Source: an uncultured virus (IMG/VR IMGVR_UViG_3300021087_000010) (taxonomy: Duplodnaviria > Heunggongvirae > Uroviricota > Caudoviricetes). Taken from it: DNA of 64,000 nt. The stretch is taken from the IMG/VR virus record IMGVR_UViG_3300021087_000010; one strand, 5' to 3'. A model generated the notes under the pieces. It made no database searches. It saw only the letters and a program-made list of their open reading frames with translations, and was not told the DNA's origin. This document shows positions 20,385-29,988 of this stretch, piece by piece. Numbering within the stretch: position 1 is the first letter of the stretch; every line of letters begins with the position of its first letter. The translations under genes and the position numbers were made by a program.

Positions 20385-21270
20385 CTAATGGCTATAAGTA
20401 AATTGTTTATTGTGGTTCCCACCATTCTTTTCTCTCCTTACTTGTTCATGGTATAATCTGGCGACGTCCCATGCTGTGCTATCACTTATTTGATAATATT
20501 CTACTAATATCTTAACTGCTTGTGACGGCATATATGATTGTTCTGTTATTAAAGTTTTATACAGCTTAAACTGTTCTGGCTCTTCGTCCATTAATCTCCT
20601 GTTTGATTGTGTAACTGTCTATACTTTATCTAAATCGTCTAAAAACTTCCATTTCGGATTAGACCTATCGATAGGCTCAACTTCTGTACTATATATTTTA
20701 TTTGTTTTGTACTTAAAATTGCCTTCCCGTAATGCTTGAGGTAGCCAATCCTTAGGATCGCCATCTTTTACATCTGCGGAAAAAGCTACGGTTATTATAT
20801 AATCTTGGGTAATCATTTTACTAATATTTCTTCTCTCCAAATATTTCCAAATTTATCTACATGAACCCACTGTTCTCCTGGCTTAAATAAATATTTAGGG
20901 AAAACTTTTGGTTCTTTTTTAATATTTTTCATTTTACTACTCCATGATTCTCTATGAATCCTAATACTAATGAATCTTTGAATTTGTCCATATATTCATG
21001 CTCTTCATAAGTTATGCAGCCTGGTGCTTTGTTTTCATCACAATGGTCTAGCCATAATCTTCGGCTATAACCTTCAAAGTCACTATACCATTGTTTCATG
21101 TCTGTCCAGCTACGATATTCTTTTATTTCGTTTATCCAGTACCGACCTTTATAAATATTATGTTCCATAGACTTAGCCATTTCTAAGTCATCTGATTCAT
21201 CATATTCTGTTGGGTGAGTTATAGGCTCTAAGTTACTTTGCATCTGTTCTGATACTGTTGTCTTTTTCAT
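20385..21270 (-). CDS. cluster of small hypothetical proteins (20385-20591, 20619-20840, 20929-21270)
   Basis: ORF track, with AGGA/GGAG SD-like motifs. Confidence 0.5.
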
Positions 21271-21401
21271 TTTCTTCCTGCTGTTTCAATTTTGTAAATG
21301 CTTCAGCAATATATTCTTCTAGTGTCATTCCTCTTTGTATAGCGTGTTCTCCGCATTTGACCAAAAAGTTATCTGGTACTTCTATTTCTTTTCCTTTATA
21401 T

Positions 21402-21887
21402 TTAAATTTCACTAAATAAGTTTGCTTCTGCTTTTCTTCTCTTAATTAATCCTTCTAGAACTTGTCCACCTGCTTTATTCCATCGTTTAATTTCGATAGG
21501 TACTGCTTGGTAGTTTCCGTTATTGAGTTCTTTTAAAAGAGTGCTTTTTCTGAAGTTGGTGGGGCCGAGGTTGTATACCCATACTACTAGGGCATCAAAC
21601 TGGTTTTGATTTAGGGGGACTGTTACTAGGTCATCTACATAACTTTCATACTCTTTGAGTTCGTCAAGTAACATTTGTTCTGCTTGCTCTTGAGTAATTG
21701 TCATGCCTTCGTACACACCTTTAGTGTGCCCATATCCTATAGTCCACACACCTACAGAGTCCTGATAAGCTACGAGTTTGCAACCTTCATAGAACTTTAG
21801 TAAGTCTGTTCCTTTATATCCTAAATTCATTAATATGTATCCTATTATTAGTAGTATAATTACTACCCATTGTAAAAAATTGTTCAT
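21402..21887 (-). CDS. GH24 lysozyme endolysin with N-terminal TM (SAR-type)
   Basis: EG...AYQDSVGVWTIGYGHT, NQFDALV..YNLG and GL..RR.AE. The start at 21887 overlaps the IscA stop and gives a hydrophobic N-terminus. Confidence 0.92.
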   Translation of the reverse strand: MNNFLQWVVIILLIIGYILMNLGYKGTDLLKFYEGCKLVAYQDSVGVWTIGYGHTKGVYEGMTITQEQAEQMLLDELKEYESYVDDLVTVPLNQNQFDALVVWVYNLGPTNFRKSTLLKELNNGNYQAVPIEIKRWNKAGGQVLEGLIKRRKAEANLFSEI

Positions 21888-22192
21888 ATGGTAAAGCTTT
21901 CGCCACAACCACACCTGCTTGTTTCCATACCATTCGTAACAGATATTTCTTCATTAATACCTTTTACCTCCCAATCAACTACTGCGTTAGCTAGTATTTC
22001 ATGGCTATGTATATCAACTGCTAATATATTTTGGTATAATATATCATTGGAATTATTAGGGTTATCCTCATAATTCAAATCATACTTATATCCTCCACAT
22101 CCGCCACCTTTGACGGAAAGCCTCGCGCCCCAACTTCCTGCTGAGACGCAACGCTCTTTAAGTTTTGATAATGCTTTTTCTGTTATTATCAT
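21884..22192 (-). CDS. iscA: A-type Fe-S carrier (IscA/HesB family)
   Basis: GGGCGGY and C-terminal CGCGESF. Confidence 0.88.
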   Translation of the reverse strand: MIITEKALSKLKERCVSAGSWGARLSVKGGGCGGYKYDLNYEDNPNNSNDILYQNILAVDIHSHEILANAVVDWEVKGINEEISVTNGMETSRCGCGESFTI

Positions 22193-22203
22193 AACACTTG
22201 TCT

Positions 22204-22371
22204 TTATAACCAATTAAAGTAAGGCCACATTACTATATATGATAAACTAATCATGTATATAGTGAATGTTATTCCTATACAAGTATTCCCGTTTGGGCAA
22301 TACTTATCTTTAAAGTCTTGAACCGCTTGCAGACTAACATTGCGATTCAGGAATCGTAATGCTCTCTGCAT
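22204..22371 (-). CDS. small membrane protein
   Basis: Manual 55-aa ORF MQRALRFLNR... with AGGAG SD. Confidence 0.55.
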   Translation of the reverse strand: MQRALRFLNRNVSLQAVQDFKDKYCPNGNTCIGITFTIYMISLSYIVMWPYFNWL

Positions 22372-22384
22372 TTTGTTTCTCCTA

Positions 22385-22813
22385 TTAGCCGATACTTATT
22401 GTTCTCGGCTTTTCTGACTCAGGGGTGTTAACCTTGAGATTTATTACTAACAATCCGTTCATAAAGCCTGCTTCTGCAACCTCAACCCAATCGCCAAGAG
22501 TAAACACTCGTTTAAATGTTTTTCCGCTAAGTCCCTTGTAAATATACCTTTCTTCAGCTTTTGTCTCTTGTTTTTCCTTACCTTCTATAGTAAGTGTGTT
22601 TTTGTGTTGTTTTATGTCTATATTATCTTTCTTCCAGCCAGGAAGTGCCATTTCGATTCGGTAAGCCTCTTCGCCTACGGCAACCAAGTTGTATCTTGGA
22701 TAATTAGTCACAGGGAACTTTTCGTTCCTATTCGCTAGTTCGCTATGCAAACGGTCAAAACCGACAAATAATTTGTCGAAGTCATTAAAATTCAATGCTG
22801 CTAATCCAGTCAT
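22385..22813 (-). CDS. small heat-shock protein (Hsp20/IbpA-like)
   Basis: FVGFDRL, NYPRYNL, IEMALPG and NGLLVINL..PE. AGGAG SD before MTGLAAL. Confidence 0.93.
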   Translation of the reverse strand: MTGLAALNFNDFDKLFVGFDRLHSELANRNEKFPVTNYPRYNLVAVGEEAYRIEMALPGWKKDNIDIKQHKNTLTIEGKEKQETKAEERYIYKGLSGKTFKRVFTLGDWVEVAEAGFMNGLLVINLKVNTPESEKPRTISIG

Positions 22814-23088
22814 ATCTTTTCTCCTATTTTCGTGTCCTTTCGGCACACACTGTGCAGTCCTTTCGGTACTACGGGTTAATTTAAAGTCTGTGCAAATCCC
22901 GTCCACTGGTGGAAGTGGAACTCCTATCCTCGCCCTCGGAAAGCTTTTAATATTGTTTCCTACTCGTGCCAGACATAATGTGAGCTTTTGTTATTGCTGA
23001 CCTCACGAACAGCTAAAAATCATATAAAAATTATAATTTTCACACTATAATTATAACAAAATTACACCAACTTGTCAAGAACTATTTT

Positions 23089-23280
23089 TCAGTCCTCATC
23101 TAGCTCTAATAGGCCTTCTTTCGTTAGGTGGTCTATTGTCTTACTAATACCATGTCTTTTGGCTATTGTCCATGTCATATGGATTGCAAACCCTAGAAAT
23201 AGTAAATAATATATATCAAATTCTGTAAATAAAACCATTCCATTTTTCCTGTTTAAATTGTTTATAGATTGCCCGTCCAT
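23089..23280 (-). CDS. small membrane protein
   Basis: Shortened from the track ORF so that it lies downstream of the - strand promoter at ~23300-23328. Confidence 0.4.
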   Translation of the reverse strand: MDGQSINNLNRKNGMVLFTEFDIYYLLFLGFAIHMTWTIAKRHGISKTIDHLTKEGLLELDED

Positions 23281-23394
23281 AATTAATGTTAATATATCTA
23301 TTATAACAAAATTTTGAAGCCGAGTCAAGAATTGTTTTCTACTTATCCAAAAATAGTTCTTGACATTCGAGGTTAATTTTAGTATAATAGAGAT

Positions 23395-23574
23395 ATGGAA
23401 AAATCTCAATCAAGTAGATGGAGCGACAAAGAAATTCGCCTACTAAATCAATGGTATGGCGATATTAGTATAGAAGAAATGAGCACTATGGTGGGAAAAT
23501 CACACAGTGCCATTAGAGCTAAAGTCCACTACTTAAGGAAGCGAGGCTGGGCATTTAATACCACGCGAAGATAG
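23395..23574 (+). CDS. small Myb/GcrA-like HTH protein
   Basis: Manual 59-aa ORF MEKSQSSRWSDKEIRLL...IEEMSTMVGKSHSAIRAKVHYLR, preceded by TTGACA-17-TATAAT-6nt. Confidence 0.7.
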   Translation: MEKSQSSRWSDKEIRLLNQWYGDISIEEMSTMVGKSHSAIRAKVHYLRKRGWAFNTTRR

Positions 23575-23583
23575 GAGAACATC

Positions 23584-23847
23584 ATGAACGGAAAGGTAAT
23601 ACCATTTCCAAAAGTATTTATGACTACAAAAGATAGGTCAGATATACTTGTAAACGATATTTCTTTAGAACTACTACAGTTACTAGAGGAATACAATATT
23701 AACACTACCAGCGAAGATTTCATCTTCGACATGGCTTGGGTTGTCAAATTTATAGAGGTAATGATTGACAATTCGCTAGGGGTACACAATCCACTTAGCA
23801 AACATATACGACAATTCGTACCAAAAGAATATGAGGAACAAAAATGA
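23584..23847 (+). CDS. hypothetical protein
   Basis: AGGAG SD and N-terminal KVIPFP motif. Confidence 0.6.
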   Translation: MNGKVIPFPKVFMTTKDRSDILVNDISLELLQLLEEYNINTTSEDFIFDMAWVVKFIEVMIDNSLGVHNPLSKHIRQFVPKEYEEQK

Positions 23848-24046
23848 TAATTACAACTTTGATAGAATGTTACGCACTTTCAAGCGTAATGTACAAAAGT
23901 CTGGAAAATTAGAAGAATTCCGAAACAAACAGTATTACAAGAAGCCCTCTGAGAAACGGCAAGAAAAAATGAACGCTGCTAAACGCAGATCAGCGCAGAC
24001 CCAGAGAGCCAATTCACTTCCACCTCGACCAAAGTGGCGACTATAG
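23831..24046 (+). CDS. rpsU: ribosomal protein bS21
   Basis: FDRMLRTFKRNVQKSGKLEEFRNKQYYKKPSEKRQEKMNAAKRR matches the bS21 pattern. Confidence 0.9.
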   Translation: MRNKNDNYNFDRMLRTFKRNVQKSGKLEEFRNKQYYKKPSEKRQEKMNAAKRRSAQTQRANSLPPRPKWRL

Positions 24047-24179
24047 CCCACAACAAACCTTTTCCCTACTTAAAAATTACACTTTTTTATGTTAACTTCG
24101 AAGCCCACAGCTCGGAGAATCAATGACATGAGCAAAAATGCGATTTGCAATTTTGTTAAAAGTGTGATATAATAATAAC

Positions 24180-24380
24180 ATAAATTGGCAATAACAAAGA
24201 TAGCTACTGTTTATAAAACTCAACAAAACCTAGACAAAGAGTTCCACTCGAGAGACAGCTCTCCCTCAGGAGAGATGGCTCGATGACTGGAATCTCTCTT
24301 TAATTGTTGTGGTTTTTATACTATTAAATCAATCTATTGTACTATTTGAATCAAACAATGGTATAAACTAACGCCAATTT
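24180..24380 (+). ncRNA. putative ~200-nt structured ncRNA
   Basis: Promoter TTGCAA-17-TATAAT at 24145-24173, terminal stem AAATTGGC/GCCAATTT, long irregular internal hairpin, no ORF. Confidence 0.5.
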
Positions 24381-24516
24381 TAAGATAAAAGAGAATTGCT
24401 ACACCTGCGTCAACTTTTTGAACCAACTTTGTTGCATAACTTCTGCCAACCGAAAATATATTTTAACAAGTTAATGCACTATGTACTAAACTTTACCTAA
24501 TTTCCCCCTAGACTAC

Positions 24517-24565
24517 TATACACCCGTTGCGGTTTGGTGTAAACGATATACACCCGTTGCGGTTT
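24517..24565. repeat. 19-bp direct repeat x2 (TATACACCCGTTGCGGTTT)
   Basis: Copies at 24517-24535 and 24547-24565, 30-bp period. Confidence 0.9.
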
Positions 24566-24576
24566 CGTTTAAGAAA

Positions 24577-24652
24577 TGGCTCCCCGAGCTGGGCTCGAAC
24601 CAGCGACCCATTGATTAACAGTCAATTGCTCTGCCAACTGAGCTATCGGGGA
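24577..24652 (-). tRNA. tRNA-Asn(GTT)
   Basis: Acceptor TCCCCGA/TCGGGGA, anticodon arm ATTGA-CTGTTAA-TCAAT, GTTCGAGCC, encoded CCA. Confidence 0.95.
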
Positions 24653-24688
24653 ATAATTTTGATATAATACTAGAATTAGTATTACTTT

Positions 24689-25196
24689 TTAGAATTTCTC
24701 TTTAAATGTCCTTAGCCCCATATATTTTCCATCTTTCCAGATGTATATAGGTTTTGCTACATTATATGGGTTTACACCATTGCCCACATATTTAAATTTA
24801 CTAGAAACGCAACTAGGATTTATGTGGACTAAGTATCTATCTACACAAGTTACTTGTTCTTCTGCATATTTCTCTATCTCCTCATAAGTTCCTAGCACGA
24901 ATTCTCCATTATCTAGTTTTGCTTTTTCAGTCCCTGTAAGCACTCTGACCTCCATCAATTTCCATAAATTCATCTACGCTTAGCGCCTCTGATTCTTCTA
25001 TCCATTGCCCCGATATTTCTTCTTCCTGTATTTCGGTTTCAGTAACCTTTACAGTATCGTCCATTTCTCCAGCACAATAATCATCTAACATATCCTCAGC
25101 TTCTTTTTCTGTTTCAGCTATGAATTCTAGCGTTTCTATTGTATAAAGTGTTTTCTCCACTTTAGCGATATATTTTTTGTGCATGTGTTCAGCCAT
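24689..25196 (-). CDS. two small hypothetical proteins
   Basis: ORF track 24689-24973 and 24927-25196. Confidence 0.5.
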
Positions 25197-25512
25197 TTGT
25201 TTCTCCTACATTATCAAATAAATATTTGATTGCTTGTTTCGGAGCTTTTTCTAGCCCCATAAGTTTACTACTATCCAAATTTAATCTAAGTGCTAGATTC
25301 ATTATTAATTCTGCTTTTGTAATTGGCATTTCTCCAGTTTTTGTAGTATATACTGCTTTTTGGTACACGCCTTCGCGTGATAACTTACCAATTATAGATT
25401 TTACACTCTTATTAAGTTCTTCCGCTAGTATATTTACTGTGTCTCTGTTGGGGCTACCTTTATATGTTTTTACCATATAGCCCACTTGTTTATCCGTATA
25501 ATTTGCTGTCAT
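25189..25512 (-). CDS. T5 A2-like DNA-binding protein, paralogue 2
   Basis: Clearly homologous to 28834-29151 (NYT..V.....P.RDTV..LA.E..KSV.SII.KLSREGVY). Confidence 0.65.
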   Translation of the reverse strand: MTANYTDKQVGYMVKTYKGSPNRDTVNILAEELNKSVKSIIGKLSREGVYQKAVYTTKTGEMPITKAELIMNLALRLNLDSSKLMGLEKAPKQAIKYLFDNVGETNG

Positions 25513-25586
25513 TTAAGTTACTCCTATAACTATTAAAACAAAAACCACCCATAAAAGTATTATTATTCTAGGGTCTTCGTTCCACA

Positions 25587-27595
25587 TTACTTGTAATAAA
25601 GGTTTAAGCCTAAGAAAGCTTCTCTTACGCCACTATCTTCTGAACCAATGTCAATCTTAGCATTGCCTGCACTGCTTGCTATCAACTGAGTTTTACCACT
25701 AGCTGAGGGCCCAAGCTCTTTATTCGTATCTATTTTGATGGTTAAAATGCCATCATTCATTTCGTAGCTTAAACTACCGTTTTTTCCTATTTGTTCCATT
25801 AATCCTCCTCTGGATTGTCGTCTATGTTAAAATCTGGGGTAAATTCAAAATCATCTCCCCATTCGTTTGTGAACTCTATATCTGGCCCTTCCAGCTTATA
25901 AAGTATTGCTAATTCTTTGAGAACTACCCCAATTTCCTCAGCATTTGCACTTATCACTTTTTGCAAATGTTCTATGTCTGCGTGTATAAAAGAAGTTTCA
26001 GTTTCCAACTCTTGTAATTTAGCCTCTAGAATCTTTATTTTGGACTCATTCTGTGGCTGATTAGGGAATTTTATTACATTGCTTACCATAACTTCCACTT
26101 TGTATCCTTAGCGTTTTCTAGGTCAGCTACTTCATTCTTTAATCTAGCTATTTCTCTTTTCCTAAAAGCTATTTCTTTATCTGCTTCAGCATGTTTCCCA
26201 GCTTTTAGCCACCACTTTCGTACTAAGTCCCATGCGTCCTCGGGGTCTAAGACTTTGTAGCCTTTAACTATATATTCCATTAAGTCAGTAATTACAATTT
26301 TTCCGTTTTCTACTTCAATACTTAATGAAAAATCTTCTGCGATATCTAAAAGATTGCCTCTTTCGAGGATTTTACATATATCAGCAGGTACTACTAATAT
26401 TTGGTCTGTATAATTATCATTTGTTGCCATTAGCAAACTCCTCCGCTGTCATAGCGAAATCTATATGAACCGAACTATCTTTACAGTCGTGGGCCTTTGC
26501 CCATTTTTCTGCTCTTTCATAAACTTTATCTCTGAATTCTTCTTCGTCAATACAATTTAAAATAATATCTTCTTGCTTATCAAAAGACATAGTTATTTGC
26601 CCAATCCATTTCTGTCTACCTATTACTTTGTCATGACCATCTCTAACGACTCCGTCTCGTTGGCTAACTTTTAGTTGTTGCATCTGCCATATAGCTCTTG
26701 CAGCTTTACTTGTTTCATTTACTTCCATACTAGTTTCACTCCTCTTCTTTGCAGTTCGTTTGTGCACTTTTGTCTTACTTTTGGTTTAGTTCTATCACTA
26801 TTAATGGCTTCTAGTAAAGTTGCTTTACTTTGGCACTTAATGTAAAAGTGATTCCATTTCGTAGTTTTAACAGCCGTATTCATTCTCCCAAAGGAGTTTT
26901 TACTGTAAGCTCTTTCGCTTTGTTTAAATTTAGTTGGCATTTCTTGTTTTCTCCTGTAATTCTACACCGATTAAAAATTCTATTGTTTCTGCTACTTTTG
27001 GTTCTGTTTTAACCAATAGGTGAGCAACCCCTGTTATTTGTTTTACACTCATAGAGGCTAAGTACTCCACTATATGTTTTGTACTGTCATCTATAAGTTT
27101 ACTACTATTCGGCATTTTGTGCCTCCTGTAGCTTTCTGATTGGCTTCATATGTCGTTCATATCTAGCGTCTTCATCTACTTTTGTAAATAAAGGGCATAC
27201 AGCTTCTGCATCTTCTTTAGCCATAATAGGGTCTAACCCTACAAGCTGAATAGGTACATCATACTGGTCAATCGTTAATTCTTCTTCTGGCTCTGCGAAT
27301 TTTCTTTTTATCAAATTCCATAGCCTTCTACTCCTAGTTCCATGAGAGTGGTTATTAAATTTTCTTCTGTTTACCACTATATTCTCCTTACGCCTTCTGC
27401 GTATTCTCTTTCTTCTGGGTTTATCTTTGGCTCTTCTATTTCCGCTTTAGGGTCTACTACTATTCTAGCTGTCCCATCACTATAGCCTACCATCTTTCTG
27501 CGCTTGATTTCTTTTCTAGCGTCTTTTCCAAATTTATCTTGCCTGTCTCTAAGCATTTGTAAATCTTTGTCTGTTGTACTTAATAATAAAGTCAT
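25587..27595 (-). CDS. operon of eight small early hypothetical proteins (25587-25799, 25799-26098, 26083-26436, 26417-26767, 26719-26940, 26930-27115, 27105-27377, 27377-27595)
   Basis: Tightly overlapping co-oriented ORFs, several with GGAG SD motifs. Confidence 0.6.
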
Positions 27596-27599
27596 TTTG

Positions 27600-27743
27600 C
27601 TACTCCTGTTCTTCTGTGTTATTTTGTTGTTTACGAGAATATTTAGTCCTATCGCGCATTCTACAGGCACGATTAAATCTCCGAGCAAATTTTGCTACGG
27701 GGTTACGATTTTTTCTCTTAGGATTTTTAGTTCTCTTTTTCAT
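27600..27743 (-). CDS. small highly basic protein (NPVAK motif, possibly ArfA-like)
   Basis: Manual 47-aa ORF MKKRTKNPKRKNRNPVAKFARRFNRACRMRDRTKYSRKQQ..., with leaderless promoter geometry. Confidence 0.6.
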   Translation of the reverse strand: MKKRTKNPKRKNRNPVAKFARRFNRACRMRDRTKYSRKQQNNTEEQE

Positions 27744-27799
27744 ATATCTATTATACTACGCTTTCAGTGAATTGTCAAGAACTATTTTTTACTAGGCAT

Positions 27800-27826
27800 A
27801 AAAAAACCCCGCACTCTGGCGGGGTT
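27800..27826 (-). terminator. intrinsic terminator
   Basis: AACCCCGC-cagagt-GCGGGGTTTTTTT on the - strand. Confidence 0.85.
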
Positions 27827-27848
27827 CAAAAATGTTGATTATTTAGAT

Positions 27849-28715
27849 TGGCGGGTGAGTAAATCCTTCAGCCGTCTGTAGGGGATTAGGCTACTTACTA
27901 CTTGAGTTCTCGTTAGGGCTCAGCGTCATGAATTCGCATTTTCGTCCATTTATTACTGCTCTCGTAGATTTGTTATGTTGCACTATTAATGCTTGCATTG
28001 TATGTTTAAGTAGTTCGTATGCTCTTCCACTTGTCAATTTATTACTCGGCTTATACACTCCGATGTTTAGTACTGCCCCCTTCATTTGCAATCACGCAGG
28101 TACTAGATGAACTCTCGCCGTTCTCGGATTCTCACTCGAGAGTGCTCCTTCCGAAGAGTTGGCTATCCTCTATGCTCTTAGAGTTCTTACCACAGGGTTG
28201 GTTTGATAGCTTAATTAATTTTACTACTTGGTGTCCTTCTCACCCATGCATTATTTAACGACCTGTTCTTTCGGGTCGGAACCAGGCTCATATTTTTCCT
28301 GCCTTCCTAGTCACAGACAGCTGTCTCATACAGCCTGCCGAGACGACAGACTGTATCAAGGTATGATGTAGTGTACCACCCTGCATAGTGATGCTTTGTT
28401 TTACATGAGGCTCAATCACTGCGCGCTCTGACTCATGGTTTGTTATTTGAAGGATTTATCACTAGTGCGTGCTAGATTTACTACCCCTTTTCCGAGCATT
28501 CCGCTCCCGAGATGTTATCGTGGCATCTACGGCTCAATCACGACCCAATTTCTAGGCGGGACACCTACTTACCAATGGTAATGCTGGTAAGCGCAATAAT
28601 CGGGAAGAAGAAGCGTATTTAAAGGCTAGGATTCCGCGTCTACACGCGACACCATTATTGCTCTTTCATAAAGCCCGAAGGCTATTTTTTACTTTTGGTC
28701 TTTTTCTCAATTTCT
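27849..28715 (-). ncRNA. putative large structured ncRNA (GOLLD/ROOL size class)
   Basis: Bounded by TTGACA-17-TATAAT (28722-28750) and a terminator (27800-27826). No credible ORF, raised GC, many hairpins and a long-range 11-bp helix 28448-28458/27860-27870. Confidence 0.7.
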
Positions 28716-28833
28716 GTATATATTATACTAAATTTTTGAAGCTGTGTCAAGAAGTTTCTTAAGATTTGCTTAAAATACTTTTTGGGAATCTGCTAGGGAA
28801 TCTCACGATTAACCCTAGCATATCCTTTGGGAC

Positions 28834-29151
28834 TTAGCTTAATATGTCAACTAATTTTTGTAAATCAGCTTTACTAGCTTTTACTAAAGTCGGTAATTCG
28901 ATGCCGAAGTGTACATTAATCTGAGCAACAAGTTCAGCTTTGCGAACAACTGGCTCACCTGATTTGGTAACCTTTGGTTGTGCGATGTATACGCCTTCTC
29001 TTGATAACTTAGCTATTATGCTTCTTACGGATTTTCCGAACTCAGCGGCTAGTGCTTCAACAGTATCTCTGGTAGGGTTAGCTTCGTACATTGCTGTCAT
29101 TTGCTCTACCATTGCGTCTGTATAATTTTTTGCTCTTGCTACTTCTGTCAT
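28834..29151 (-). CDS. T5 A2-like DNA-binding protein
   Basis: Architecture like T5 A2 (N-terminal HTH with SV.S.KL...Y, C-terminal RKA.LV...L.KA...L). Own promoter and CAGGAG SD. Confidence 0.65.
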   Translation of the reverse strand: MTEVARAKNYTDAMVEQMTAMYEANPTRDTVEALAAEFGKSVRSIIAKLSREGVYIAQPKVTKSGEPVVRKAELVAQINVHFGIELPTLVKASKADLQKLVDILS

Positions 29152-29240
29152 TGTTTTCTCCTGCGAAAATTGTGTTATTAAATTTTGTTTATGGTATTAT
29201 TATATCACGCTACCAGTTGCGTGTCAAGGGTTAGCTTATG

Positions 29241-29366
29241 CTAGAGTAAACCCTTTGCCTCTAGAGCGATTGCGAAAATCGCTAATGTTAGAAAAATTAC
29301 TAGCGAGTAAAGTATGGAATACTTATTCCAATGTTTCGCTATTTTGTATTTCTCGTAATTTGTCAT
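29241..29366 (-). CDS. 41-aa single-TM protein
   Basis: Manual ORF MTNYEKYKIAKHWNKYSILYSLVIFLTLAIFAIALEAKGLL, downstream of a consensus promoter at 29378-29406. Confidence 0.5.
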   Translation of the reverse strand: MTNYEKYKIAKHWNKYSILYSLVIFLTLAIFAIALEAKGLL

Positions 29367-29568
29367 TTATAGTATCTATTATATAGAGCGTAATCAGTGT
29401 TGTCAAGAATTATTTTAAGATAGCACTCATTATTTAACGCCAGCGAACTCTCGGGGGCCGAACGCGAAATCTCGAAACTTCGTTTCAAATATCGCAAAAA
29501 ACGAAAATTCCTCGGCGGGTGTGCGTAAATCTTCCCGAAACTTCGCATAACCCCGCATAAGCTATTTC

Positions 29569-29597
29569 TTGACATTCTGTCCCCGCTATGGTATAAT
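29569..29597 (+). promoter_or_regulatory. consensus sigma70 promoter with no downstream ORF
   Basis: TTGACA-17-TATAAT. Confidence 0.75.
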
Positions 29598-29886
29598 ATC
29601 CAGGGTGGGAAGGGGGATATCCTAGATTTAGTACTCGCTCGCACGCTCGCGCGTAATTTCATGTGTTTACTACTATGCGACGCTACGGCGCAGCCGGCAT
29701 TAATTTCATTTGTTTACTACTGTGTGTTCGGCGCGCTCGCTGTGAAAAGTGAAACAGTCGCTATAGGGAGGCGTCCCAAAGTGAAATATATTTAGCCCTC
29801 TGAGAGGTTAATTTAGGAAAAGTGAGATAGTTAGCGTCTCATTTTAGACTGTTTTAAATTATTTCACTATTCGCGTAAGAAAAGAC

Positions 29887-29922
29887 TTGACAAATCGTAA
29901 AAAGCGTGGTATAATGGGCGCC
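29887..29922 (+). promoter_or_regulatory. consensus sigma70 promoter with GC-rich discriminator, no ORF
   Basis: TTGACA-17-TATAAT-GGGCGCC, followed ~25 nt later by the hairpin AACCCCGA...TCGGGGTT. Confidence 0.75.
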
Positions 29923-29988
29923 GCCCAAGCCTAAACGCAAAAAACCCCGACACGGCTTGGCTCGTTCGGGGTTGTTTCGGTACTCGTT

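Noticed and set aside
27891..28258. Short ORFs in the track (27891-28091, 27928-28110, 28019-28258)
   Set aside because: Non-ATG or SD-less starts, atypical composition, and location inside the structured RNA candidate.
27849..28715. tmRNA or RNase P identity for the large RNA (it ends ...CCCGCCA)
   Set aside because: I saw no T-arm/acceptor stem, tag ORF or GAGGAAAGUCC motif, and it is too long.
29741..29758. LexA box (CTGT...ACAG)
   Set aside because: The spacer is 10 nt, not the canonical 8.
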